This document shows, in pieces, positions 10,389 to 19,647 of a DNA stretch of 64,000 nt. A model generated the notes under the pieces. That model was not told where the DNA came from. It searched no databases and saw nothing but the letters and a program-made list of their open reading frames with translations. Every line of letters starts with the position of its first letter. The stretch's first letter is position 1. The position numbers were made by a program, and so were the translations under genes. Source of the stretch: a virus (taxonomy: Duplodnaviria; Caudoviricetes); IMG/VR virus record IMGVR_UViG_2974702911_000001, positions 1-64,000 of that record; one strand, written 5' to 3'.

Positions 10389-10935
10389 GTCTCAGGATCA
10401 AATCTGCTTAGTCGCGCAGTTGTTTGAGAGGTACTGGAAGGCTCTTAACTGGGACTTCCAGCACCTTCTTAACCACAACGTGTTGGACTATTTCGCGGCT
10501 CCGTGCAGATGTGGTCAGTGCCGGGAGCGGCATGGAGACTTCGCTAACCGCTATGTGTCGCGCCGTACGTGGGACCAGTTCATTTCGCACTACGAGTGCT
10601 TGCTGGCCTGGCGCGGCTCTTACACGCAGGCGATGTACCTCAGCGATCCTGAGGTTATCGACATGCAGGCGAACGCGCCGGATGAGGATTGGAAGTCTGG
10701 CGGTAAGCCGGGCTTGTGGCAGTGGACTAAGGAAATGGATGCCGCGTACTACATCGCGGATCAGGTGCAGGCTGGTCGTATCCGTAATCCGGATGACTTT
10801 AGGCCGTACCCGCGTCCTGAGCTTCCCGCCGAAAAGGAACGTAAGAGGCGTAAGGAACGGAAGGTCAATTCGGGCATTGAGGCTGCTTTGGCGCGCGGCG
10901 CTGAGGCGGCTAAGGCCAACTGGGTCCAACTATAA
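10113..10935 (+). CDS. tail assembly chaperone, frameshift-extended form (shift near 10374-10380 into the 10318..10935 frame)
   Basis: Downstream frame has no good start of its own and looks like a chaperone C-terminus; only the +1/-2 frame is open across TTTTTTC. Confidence 0.7.
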
Positions 10936-10963
10936 CTGAATAACAACTTAATAAGGGGGCACT

Positions 10964-13900
10964 GTGGCTGAATTTGTTGCCGCCCAGGCGTCGGTGCTTA
11001 TCGTGCCGACGCTTGGGAAGGGTGCCAACAGCTTCCATACGAAGCTAAAGGGCGAACTACAGAAGGTCCGCGAGTCGGTTGACGTGCAGGTCAAGGCCGA
11101 CACGGCGAAGATGATGGCCGAGGTCCAGACGGCTAAGAAGGCGCTGGAAGCGGACGCGATTAACCTGCGCGTTGCAGTCGATAATGACGGGTTTAAGACC
11201 CTGGTCAAGGACGTGCAGCACATTCAGACGGTCTATCAGGACCTCAAGTCAGACTTCAAGAAGGGGCTTTACCTTAACCTTAAGGTAGTTGGCCTTAGCA
11301 CGCTTAACATGGCCGCTTCGGCGGTGGGTGCCCTTAATGCCTCGCTGGTGCAGCTTTCGCAGTCAGCGCTTGTGGTGCCGGGCATTATGGCGGGGCTTGC
11401 GTCGTCGCTGGCGGCGGGCGTAATTGGCTCGCGCGGCCTCGCGGATGCGTTCAAGGCGCAGGCGAAGGCGACTAAGGACGCGACGGACTCGGCGCGGCAG
11501 CAGCGTGACGCGAATAAGGCTGTGCGCGATTCGACGCGCGACCTTAACAACGCCATTAAGGACGCTAAGCGCAACCTACAGGATTTGAACGACCAGCTTC
11601 GGGACGCTCCGCTGGACGAAGCGGAAGCGATGATGAACCTGGCCGAGGCTCAGGCTGAGGCGAACAACAGGCTGGGCAAGTCGGCATTTGACCTACAGAA
11701 GGACCAGCTACGACTACGCCGGGCCGAGAACGAGCTTGCGGACACGCGTAAGACGAACGGGCGTCTGGCTCAGGACGTGGCTGAGGCCAATAAAAAGGGC
11801 ATTGCGGGTAACGACGCGGTTGTTGCGGCGACGGAGCGCCTGACGGCGGCTCTTGAGGATCAGCGGCGCGGCGCGGATGCGGTGAATGAGCTTGCGGACG
11901 CGATGGCGAAGCTGTCTCCGAATGCTCAGGATTTCGTCAACAAGGTCAAGGCGCTGAGCGGCGCGTGGGATGAGCTACGCAACGCGGTGCAGGACCGTCT
12001 ATTCGCCAATCTGGGCGACGATGTAACGACCCTGGCGGGTAAGAGCCTGCCCATGCTCCAAAAGGGGCTGTCGGACGTTGCAGGGTCCCTTAACGGCAAT
12101 CTGCGTACGGCGCTACGTGAGCTTGGGTCGGATCAGAACCAGGGATTCCTAGAGAACATCTTCGGCAACACGGCTGAGGCTGGGAAGGTTTTCGATCAGG
12201 CGATTAAGCCGCTCCTAGATGGGATTCTGCGGCTTAGCTCGGTTGGGTCGGACTATCTGCCTCGCCTGTCGGATGCTTTCGGCGATGTGATGCGGCGCTT
12301 TGACAACTTCATCACGCGCGCGGACGAGGACGGCAGTCTAGATCGGTGGATTGATCAGGGGCTTACGGCTCTGACGGAGCTTGGTAACACGCTTCTCAAT
12401 ATCGCTTCGATCATGAACACGGTGTCTGAGGCGTTTACGGGCGCTGGTGGCACGTCGGTCACGAAGTGGCTTGAGGACAACACTAAGCGTCTTGCGGATT
12501 TCCTTAAGGGTCCTGAGGGTCAGCAGAAGTTGCGCGACATGTTCGCTAATGCGCGCGCGGAGTTCTCCAAGTGGGAGCCGATTCTAAAGACGCTTCCGGG
12601 GATCATTAAGAACATCGCTACGGCGGCTCAGAACTGGGCTGACATTGTGATGCCGTTCCTGACGACGGTTGCTCCGATCTTGCGGGATCATCCGGGCTTG
12701 GTTATGGCGATCTTCACGGCGTACATGTCGTGGAAAACGTTCATGCCGATCATCAAGGGCGTTAACACGCTGATTGGTGCGGATACCGGCCTGGTGGGTG
12801 CGGCTAAGCGTGCTGGGCGGTCGATTGCGGCTGCGGACGGCCTGACGGGCAAGATGCGCGCGTTCGGTCAACTGATCGGTCCTGGTGGGCTGGTCATGGG
12901 TGGCCTGACTGTTCTGGCGGGGTTCCTGATCAACGATTGGGTTAACGCGCAGCAGACGGCAGCGGACGCGGTTCAGCATCACGCGGACATGGTTGACCTG
13001 CTTAAGCAGAACTTGGATTCGCTGTCTGGGTCTATGACTCAGCAGGGCTTGATCAACACGATTAACGGTTTGAGTTCGTGGACGGACCCTCGCGGTAACC
13101 GGCGCGACATTCCGATGATCGCTAAGGACTTGGGCCTTACGGATCAGTTCACGCGGGCGGTCAATCCTACGGATCAGGCCGGGCGTAACCAGTTCTCGGG
13201 TTCGGTGCGCGAACAGCTTCGCCAGGAGCTTGGACCGAAGCTCAAGGAAACCGTTGACTCGGTTAACCATGAGCGGGATTCGCGCGGTGGCGATTCGACG
13301 GGCACTCCGGTTCTTACGGAAGATGCGTTCCTAGACGCTCTGTTGAGTGGTCCGCAGACGCGTACGGACTTCGCCAAGAAGTATTTCATGCGCGAGACGC
13401 TGGACGATTTCATTTTCGGCAGCAAGGGCGGTCCGCTCGGTATCGGTTCTACGTCGGGTCTGTCGGATAGGGCTAAGAACCTTATCTCGCTTAACGCGGC
13501 TACTAACGAGGCAGTGGACTCGGGTCTGGTCCAGGGTGACCTTAACCGGACGTTGGGTCTGTCATTGTCGGGGCAAAAGGCTGAGTTCCAGCCGAATAGT
13601 CCGTTCTCGCAGTTGGGTTCGCCTCGCGCGTTCTACAACATTAACCGCGACGGCGGTGCTGTCATTGAGGTTGATACGCCTCCGGACAAGCTGCCACCGG
13701 ACCTTAAGGAAAAGCTCGGTGACTACAACATCACGCCTCTGGCTAACGGGTCGGGGTCGCACATTGTTGTTGACCCTGAGTTGGCTAAGCAGTTCTTGGT
13801 TCCGGCGTTCGCGTCGGGCGGCATGTTCCGTGGTCCCGGTAGTGGCACGTCGGATTCGATTCTGGCGCGGGTGTCTAACGGTGAGTTCATCACTCGGGCA

Positions 13901-16339
13901 TCTGTGGTGGAGCGGAATCCTGAGCTATTCCATGCGTTGAATGCTGGTCTGATTGATCCGGCCATGCTGCCTGCGTTCGCGGGCGGTACGCCGTTCCCGC
14001 TGGACATTCCGGCGCTGCCGGGTGGGCCTACGGTCCCTCCGGGTTACACGGCGACGAATGGTCCGACGAACGGGTTCGTCCCGGCGATTGCGGGCGCTCC
14101 TACGGTTCCGTGGGATCAGTTCAATGCTGGCGGCGGCGGTGCTCAGGTGGTTGGTACGCCTAGCGTGAGTCAGTACAAGACGTTCACGCCTCCGGCTCCG
14201 GCTCCTGCGGCTCCTAAGCCTGCTACGGCTCCTAAGCCTGCGGTTTCGTCGAGCGGGACTCCGCACCTTAGCGGTGCGGTTCCTGGTCCTACGCAGCACC
14301 TAACCGGCCCTAACGGGTCTCCGGTGCTGCCTGGTCCGTCTGTGGCTGGTGTGCCGGGTATCCCTGGTACGTCGAGCGGCAGCGCGGCGAATCCGACGCT
14401 GACGCCTAGTGCGAACGATCCAATGGGCCTTGCTGGGCTTCCGGATAACTTGCAGCCTGTCTCCATCTTGGAGCAGGCCGGGGAAATCCTGCTTAGCGCG
14501 GTTCTTGGGTTCTTTGGCATTGATCCGACGTACTTCAATATCGGTAAGAAAATCTTTACGGGACTTACTGGTAAGAGGGACGGTCAGGATAAGCAGCAGG
14601 GGGCGGTTCCGGGTGTAGACGGTCTGTTGGGGGTTAACCCTTATGACTACTACGGGATCGGTCAGCCGGGCACGGCTCAGCTTGTGCCTAACGCTAATAG
14701 CACTGACTACTTGGGCAGTATGTCGTCTGTGGCCTCGCAGTTTGGGCTTAGCCTGACTTCGGGAATGCGCGATGAGGCCGGTTCGCTTCACAGCACCGGT
14801 ACGGCGGGCGATTTCTCTAACGGCAGTGGTAACACGCCGGAAATGGAAAAGTTCGCCAACTTCATGGCTGATAACTATGCGCCGTACATCACGGAGCTTA
14901 TCTATGACTCGCCTACGTTCAATAAGACCATCAAGGATGGCAAGGTCGTTGGCAAGTTTGGTGAGTTCTACACGATGGCGCAGGCCGGTAATCACCAGAA
15001 CCACGTTCACCTAGCGGTGGACATGCCTCCTATGCTGGCGCAACAGGCGTTCAACCAGTACCAGCAGCAGGCGGGCGTGGGCGGTGTGGCGGCTCCGGTC
15101 GGCGGCGGTGCGGCGGCTTGGCGTCCTAACGTGCAGCAGGCAGTGGCTAACGTCGCTGCTCAGTACGGGATCACTAACCAGGCTGCGGTTGTTGAGGACA
15201 TTCTGGGGCAGATCGACTTTGAGTCTAAGGGTGACGCGGGAGCGCTTAACCCGAATGACTCGGACGGTCTACCGGCTATCGGGCTGGGGCAGTTCAAGCA
15301 GGGCACGTTCAACGCTCACAACATTACGGGCGGCAGCATCAACGACGGTAACGCTCAGATTTACGCGATGATCGACTACTTGGCTTCGGGCAAGTACGGG
15401 ATCATTCCGGGTGGCGGCGTTAACTGGAAGGGTGTTGGTTGGCGTAATGGGATGGGTTATGCGAATGGTGGTCTGCTAAGGGGTCCTGGGAACGGTACTT
15501 CGGATTCGATTCTGGCGCGCGTTAGCAATGGCGAGTTCATTACTAAGGCGTCGGTGGTTTCTCGTAATCCGGCTCTGTTCTCGGCGTTCAACTCGGGCGC
15601 TCTGGACCCGGCTATGTTCCCTGGTTTCGCGGACGGTACTCCGGTGCCGTTGCAGATCGCGGGTATGCAGCCTCAGACGCCTCAGCAGGCGGGTCCTCTG
15701 CCTCCACCAGCGGCTCCTATGGCGGGTCCTCCGGGACCTGACCCTCAGGCTCCACAGAGTCAGCCTCCGGTAACGGATACGGCGGCTCAGGCGCTCGGGG
15801 GTATCAGCCTTGGCGGTACTAGTGCGGCAGATGGCGCTCAGCCGGGCGCTGAGGGACCGGAAGGGGCTAACCCGGAGATTGACCCACGGTCGATTCTCGG
15901 TGCGGCTCCGGCGAACACGGACCACAACAACCCTGCTTTGTCTAAGGGCATTCAGGGTGCGTTTAGCACGGTGGGTTCGATTGCATCTATGGCGGCGGCG
16001 GCAGCAATGTCGGCGGGCACTATGGGCGCGGGCGCGGCTGCGGCTGGGCCTGCATCGTCTGGTATCCAGGCGGGCGCTCAGATGGCCGGTCAGGTCGCTA
16101 CGGGTGCTCTCAATATCCTGTCGAGCTTGCTTGTTGGTACGGCTCCTGGTCAGACGGGCACGACGCAGAACGCGTACGGCGCTCCTGTGCTACCTCAGGG
16201 TCCTCCGCAGAGTCAGCCACGCGGACCGGCTGTGGTGAACAACTACGGCGATATCCATACGGCTAACTACGAAGAGTTCCATAGGGGACAGCAGCGTAGG
16301 GAGGCGCAGACGCAGGCACCATTCCTGCCGATGCGATAA
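10964..16339 (+). CDS. tape measure protein with C-terminal peptidoglycan-hydrolase-like domains
   Basis: 1791 aa, Ala-rich helical; HSTGTAGD...HVHLA peptidase-like and FESKG...GLGQF lytic-transglycosylase-like segments. Confidence 0.95.
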   Translation: MAEFVAAQASVLIVPTLGKGANSFHTKLKGELQKVRESVDVQVKADTAKMMAEVQTAKKALEADAINLRVAVDNDGFKTLVKDVQHIQTVYQDLKSDFKKGLYLNLKVVGLSTLNMAASAVGALNASLVQLSQSALVVPGIMAGLASSLAAGVIGSRGLADAFKAQAKATKDATDSARQQRDANKAVRDSTRDLNNAIKDAKRNLQDLNDQLRDAPLDEAEAMMNLAEAQAEANNRLGKSAFDLQKDQLRLRRAENELADTRKTNGRLAQDVAEANKKGIAGNDAVVAATERLTAALEDQRRGADAVNELADAMAKLSPNAQDFVNKVKALSGAWDELRNAVQDRLFANLGDDVTTLAGKSLPMLQKGLSDVAGSLNGNLRTALRELGSDQNQGFLENIFGNTAEAGKVFDQAIKPLLDGILRLSSVGSDYLPRLSDAFGDVMRRFDNFITRADEDGSLDRWIDQGLTALTELGNTLLNIASIMNTVSEAFTGAGGTSVTKWLEDNTKRLADFLKGPEGQQKLRDMFANARAEFSKWEPILKTLPGIIKNIATAAQNWADIVMPFLTTVAPILRDHPGLVMAIFTAYMSWKTFMPIIKGVNTLIGADTGLVGAAKRAGRSIAAADGLTGKMRAFGQLIGPGGLVMGGLTVLAGFLINDWVNAQQTAADAVQHHADMVDLLKQNLDSLSGSMTQQGLINTINGLSSWTDPRGNRRDIPMIAKDLGLTDQFTRAVNPTDQAGRNQFSGSVREQLRQELGPKLKETVDSVNHERDSRGGDSTGTPVLTEDAFLDALLSGPQTRTDFAKKYFMRETLDDFIFGSKGGPLGIGSTSGLSDRAKNLISLNAATNEAVDSGLVQGDLNRTLGLSLSGQKAEFQPNSPFSQLGSPRAFYNINRDGGAVIEVDTPPDKLPPDLKEKLGDYNITPLANGSGSHIVVDPELAKQFLVPAFASGGMFRGPGSGTSDSILARVSNGEFITRASVVERNPELFHALNAGLIDPAMLPAFAGGTPFPLDIPALPGGPTVPPGYTATNGPTNGFVPAIAGAPTVPWDQFNAGGGGAQVVGTPSVSQYKTFTPPAPAPAAPKPATAPKPAVSSSGTPHLSGAVPGPTQHLTGPNGSPVLPGPSVAGVPGIPGTSSGSAANPTLTPSANDPMGLAGLPDNLQPVSILEQAGEILLSAVLGFFGIDPTYFNIGKKIFTGLTGKRDGQDKQQGAVPGVDGLLGVNPYDYYGIGQPGTAQLVPNANSTDYLGSMSSVASQFGLSLTSGMRDEAGSLHSTGTAGDFSNGSGNTPEMEKFANFMADNYAPYITELIYDSPTFNKTIKDGKVVGKFGEFYTMAQAGNHQNHVHLAVDMPPMLAQQAFNQYQQQAGVGGVAAPVGGGAAAWRPNVQQAVANVAAQYGITNQAAVVEDILGQIDFESKGDAGALNPNDSDGLPAIGLGQFKQGTFNAHNITGGSINDGNAQIYAMIDYLASGKYGIIPGGGVNWKGVGWRNGMGYANGGLLRGPGNGTSDSILARVSNGEFITKASVVSRNPALFSAFNSGALDPAMFPGFADGTPVPLQIAGMQPQTPQQAGPLPPPAAPMAGPPGPDPQAPQSQPPVTDTAAQALGGISLGGTSAADGAQPGAEGPEGANPEIDPRSILGAAPANTDHNNPALSKGIQGAFSTVGSIASMAAAAAMSAGTMGAGAAAAGPASSGIQAGAQMAGQVATGALNILSSLLVGTAPGQTGTTQNAYGAPVLPQGPPQSQPRGPAVVNNYGDIHTANYEEFHRGQQRREAQTQAPFLPMR

Positions 16340-16359
16340 CTAAATACGGAAACGCGGTT

Positions 16360-16403
16360 AGGCCGCTCGGTTAAGGGTTCCAATCCTTTGGCCGGGCGGC
16401 CTT
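16360..16403 (+). terminator. hairpin after tape measure gene
   Basis: AGGCCGCTCGGTTAAGG...CCTTTGGCCGGGCGGCCT followed by only a short T tract. Confidence 0.5.
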
Positions 16404-16427
16404 TCCCGTTAGAAAGACAACTGAATA

Positions 16428-17318
16428 GTGACCGATTTTCTCAAGATTGAATTGAAGGGTCGGGACGGTTCGCTTTGGAATCTATCGGGTCCCGGCATGG
16501 GCGCGCAGGGTGTGACGCTTTCGCCTGGTGCGTTGGAGAACTTCTACGACGCTCCGGTTAAGACGCTTTACGTCCCTGGTCCGTTCGGTGAGGAATACGC
16601 CGGTAAGCGCGCGCAGCGCCGCGAGATTGTGTTTACGGTCCAGGCGTTCGACGGCGAGGCCGAAACGTGGTCAACCATCGACTCTAAGTGGCGGTGGGCG
16701 TGGGATTACGACGAGGAATCTGAGCTAAGGGTTACGACGGCTGACGGTACTCGGTACCTGAGGGTGCGCCTGATGGAAGCGCCTAAGCCTTACTACGAGA
16801 AGGACCCGCATATCACTGCGGATAACCCAATCGTGATGACTGTGACCGCTACGTTCCCTTATTGGCGGGAAACCGCTAAGGAATACAAGTGGTCAACCCT
16901 GCAAACGCAGGACATGACGACTTTTGACATTTTCAACTTCGGCGATGTGCCGATCTTTTTGCGGTGGTTCGTTACCGCTCCTGGTCTGTGGATTCTCCCG
17001 GACTTCTCTTGGGGCAACGACATGTACTCGCGCGGCCTTGAGGATCAGGGCCGCACCATTCCTCTGCCTGAACTGGTGGAGAACGAGCACTGTTCGGTGG
17101 ACTCGGACCCTCGCGTTCAGACGATCATTGCGGTTAACGGCTCCCCGGTGCAGCACCGCTGGAAGGGCAACGACCTGCTTTACCCGCTGATGCCGGGTAA
17201 GGGCGGGAAGGTCCCGGTTCGGCTTAAGAATGCTCCGCAGGGTGGCGCTATCAAGCTGACGCAGGAGCGTTGGCATTCGCGGCCTTGGTCGCGGCCAGGG
17301 GTGTTGCCTAATGGCTAA
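16428..17318 (+). CDS. minor tail protein (distal tail-like)
   Basis: First gene after tape measure; typical size and motifs (LKGRDGSLWNLSG, PYW). Confidence 0.85.
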   Translation: MTDFLKIELKGRDGSLWNLSGPGMGAQGVTLSPGALENFYDAPVKTLYVPGPFGEEYAGKRAQRREIVFTVQAFDGEAETWSTIDSKWRWAWDYDEESELRVTTADGTRYLRVRLMEAPKPYYEKDPHITADNPIVMTVTATFPYWRETAKEYKWSTLQTQDMTTFDIFNFGDVPIFLRWFVTAPGLWILPDFSWGNDMYSRGLEDQGRTIPLPELVENEHCSVDSDPRVQTIIAVNGSPVQHRWKGNDLLYPLMPGKGGKVPVRLKNAPQGGAIKLTQERWHSRPWSRPGVLPNG

Positions 17319-19074
17319 TACCGACTGGCAGAGCATCTTGGCGGCGGCTGACGGCGACGAGTGGGCGGCGTTTAGCTCGCTTGAGGATCAGGCGCAGACG
17401 GTGCGTGATCAGCACGCGGGCATCCGGCGCGCTAAGCCGCTAATCCGACTTTGGATGAACAACCCGGACGGTGATGCGGGCCTGGTCTACGTGGGCCGCG
17501 TCGATTACGACGACACCATTAACGGCAGCTTCCCGTTCAAGAACAACACGCCGTCTCAGGGCATTTTGAACCTTCGGGATGATCACTACTTGGCGGTGTG
17601 GCTTAAGCGGCTGCCTAACGATCCGGCGCTTAAGAAGAACGTCGTTATTACGGTGGACTTCTACGGCGGTAAGAAGCGGTGGAGTGGGCTTCTAGATCAC
17701 TGGAAGATTGTCACTAAGGAACACGTTAAGCAGCTTGAAGTTACGTTTAACGATGACCTGACGTTCTTGCAGTACCTTTTGTGTCCTCCTAACCCGTTCT
17801 TACCAATCCCGGTCCTGCAATTTCCGCGCATTTTCGGGCTGGCTGGCCCGGCAAAATGGACGATTAGCGTCCTAATCCTGATCAACCTAATGCGTGTCCA
17901 GGGGAACTGGTGGAACCTGCCGGATGACCCCTTTGACCTTGAGTCTTGGGACGACGCGTTTGACTGGTCGGATTGGCAGTGCTTCGTTAAGGCCAATTCG
18001 TTCCTACTAGACGATTCGTCGCTGTGGACTTTCGTGTCCTCGCGTATGAATCCGATTGACTCGGTTATTGCCGATTCGCTGGACGACGCGCAGCTTACGA
18101 TCACGTACCGGCGCATCCTGACGGATGACGGCGAGGTTAGCGATATTCCGGGTGTTCCTAACCCTAAGAATGGCGCTCTCGTCTTTGAGGTTGTCGATAA
18201 CTCTAACGCTACGGCGCTTGAGGGGACCTTCTTTGAGGGGACCATCGTTGACGGCTTCGCGCGGTCGGTGCTGGTGTACGGCGGCGGCTTTGTTGAGGAC
18301 ACGCTGAGCACGGTTGGCGACGACCAGACGTTGCAGCCTGACGAGTATTACCAGTCGGGATTCCTAGCGACTATGGCGAAGATGCCGTGGCTGGTGGTCC
18401 GAGATAACGAGTGGACGCCTATTGAGTCGTCTGATCTGAGTTGGGGACCGGCTAAGAACGTTAGCGTTGTGGTCGGTGGCGATAACCCGGCTGCGGATGC
18501 TATCGCTAAGCTGATCATCACCACCACTGGAAATTTGCTGGGTTATTTCTTGCTCGGCGGCTTCTCTAGTGCCGGTGATATCGCAGCGGACATAATCATG
18601 CCGTTTATCGTCGGCACGATTGCAGCGTGGCTGTACTGGAAAAACACCGGTCGAGCTACGCAATTGGGGTGGGTCCACTACTGGGAGCTTTACCAGCAAG
18701 GCGCGGAGTCTAACTCCTGGTCGCTAGCGGCCCTTGCAGCTTTGCGAGGCGGGTTCCTGGTTGGGCGTGCGGAGACCGTTCACACGATGGCTCTGCATGA
18801 CTCTTGGATCATTCCGGGTCTGCATATCGACATTGGTCAGCGCATGGGATCGACGGTCAACTCTAAGGGCGTCGAGCAGATCATCTGGGTTAACCAGCTT
18901 GAGGAAATGACGGCGGCTTGGGATCACTCGGGCGGCGGTGAAATGCCGCTTAGCTGGGTGCTTAAGGCCGGTAAGTCTGATCGCGCTATGAGCATGGGCG
19001 AGCGTATGGCTCGTTTGACGAAAAAGATGAGTGAAGCTCTCAACAACGTTGGTGTCCAACTGGTTGCGAGCTAA
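17311..19074 (+). CDS. minor tail protein (baseplate hub/Tal-like)
   Basis: PLIRLW, DDLTFLQYLLCPPNPFLP motifs typical of mycobacteriophage minor tail proteins. Confidence 0.88.
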   Translation: MANTDWQSILAAADGDEWAAFSSLEDQAQTVRDQHAGIRRAKPLIRLWMNNPDGDAGLVYVGRVDYDDTINGSFPFKNNTPSQGILNLRDDHYLAVWLKRLPNDPALKKNVVITVDFYGGKKRWSGLLDHWKIVTKEHVKQLEVTFNDDLTFLQYLLCPPNPFLPIPVLQFPRIFGLAGPAKWTISVLILINLMRVQGNWWNLPDDPFDLESWDDAFDWSDWQCFVKANSFLLDDSSLWTFVSSRMNPIDSVIADSLDDAQLTITYRRILTDDGEVSDIPGVPNPKNGALVFEVVDNSNATALEGTFFEGTIVDGFARSVLVYGGGFVEDTLSTVGDDQTLQPDEYYQSGFLATMAKMPWLVVRDNEWTPIESSDLSWGPAKNVSVVVGGDNPAADAIAKLIITTTGNLLGYFLLGGFSSAGDIAADIIMPFIVGTIAAWLYWKNTGRATQLGWVHYWELYQQGAESNSWSLAALAALRGGFLVGRAETVHTMALHDSWIIPGLHIDIGQRMGSTVNSKGVEQIIWVNQLEEMTAAWDHSGGGEMPLSWVLKAGKSDRAMSMGERMARLTKKMSEALNNVGVQLVAS

Positions 19075-19197
19075 GGGACAAACACCCGCGTACCTACTGA
19101 CGTGGGCAGCCCATATAAGTGCTGCCGTAAATCGAGTCCGGGTTATCAGCCACGCCGAGGGGCGTAAAGGCGTGGCACCAAACTTTAAGGGGTAATT

Positions 19198-19647
19198 GTG
19201 GCTAAGACGCAAGCGGAGTCCAATCTGGACGATCCGAAGGAAATGTTCGCGTGGATGTTTGCGGCGGGTGTCCCTGACCCAAGGGATACGGACGGCAAGT
19301 TTCCCAACCAGCCGCTTATCCCGCCGATGTGTTTCCCGGCGCTGAGCGAAATGCTTTACAAGATGGGCGCGCGGTTCCACCCGGAATTGCAGACGGTGTG
19401 GGTTAAGCCGGGTGTGGGTCCGGAGCGGAATTTCCAGGCTAACGGCACGACGGACATTAAGCCTGAGGACATTGAGGGCGATGTGGCCGAAATGTTGGCC
19501 GATCAGTTCCCGGAAATCGCGCAGAAGATTCGGGAAGTTACTCCGGCTACTCACCAGGCCGCGCTTGAGCAGACCAGTAAGGAACTGCTCGCCAACCTGG
19601 CTGAGCTTAAGAAGGCGCGCGCGCAAATGGAGGGAGGTAGCGCCTAA
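19198..19647 (+). CDS. conserved tail-region protein (DUF2744-like)
   Basis: DDPKEMFAWMF and GARFHPELQT segments; synteny. Confidence 0.6.
   Translation: MAKTQAESNLDDPKEMFAWMFAAGVPDPRDTDGKFPNQPLIPPMCFPALSEMLYKMGARFHPELQTVWVKPGVGPERNFQANGTTDIKPEDIEGDVAEMLADQFPEIAQKIREVTPATHQAALEQTSKELLANLAELKKARAQMEGGSA

Noticed and set aside
10424-10939. 171-aa ORF in the -1 frame as the chaperone extension
   Set aside because: That frame is closed by TAG at 10409 just after the slippery run, and the product looks non-coding.
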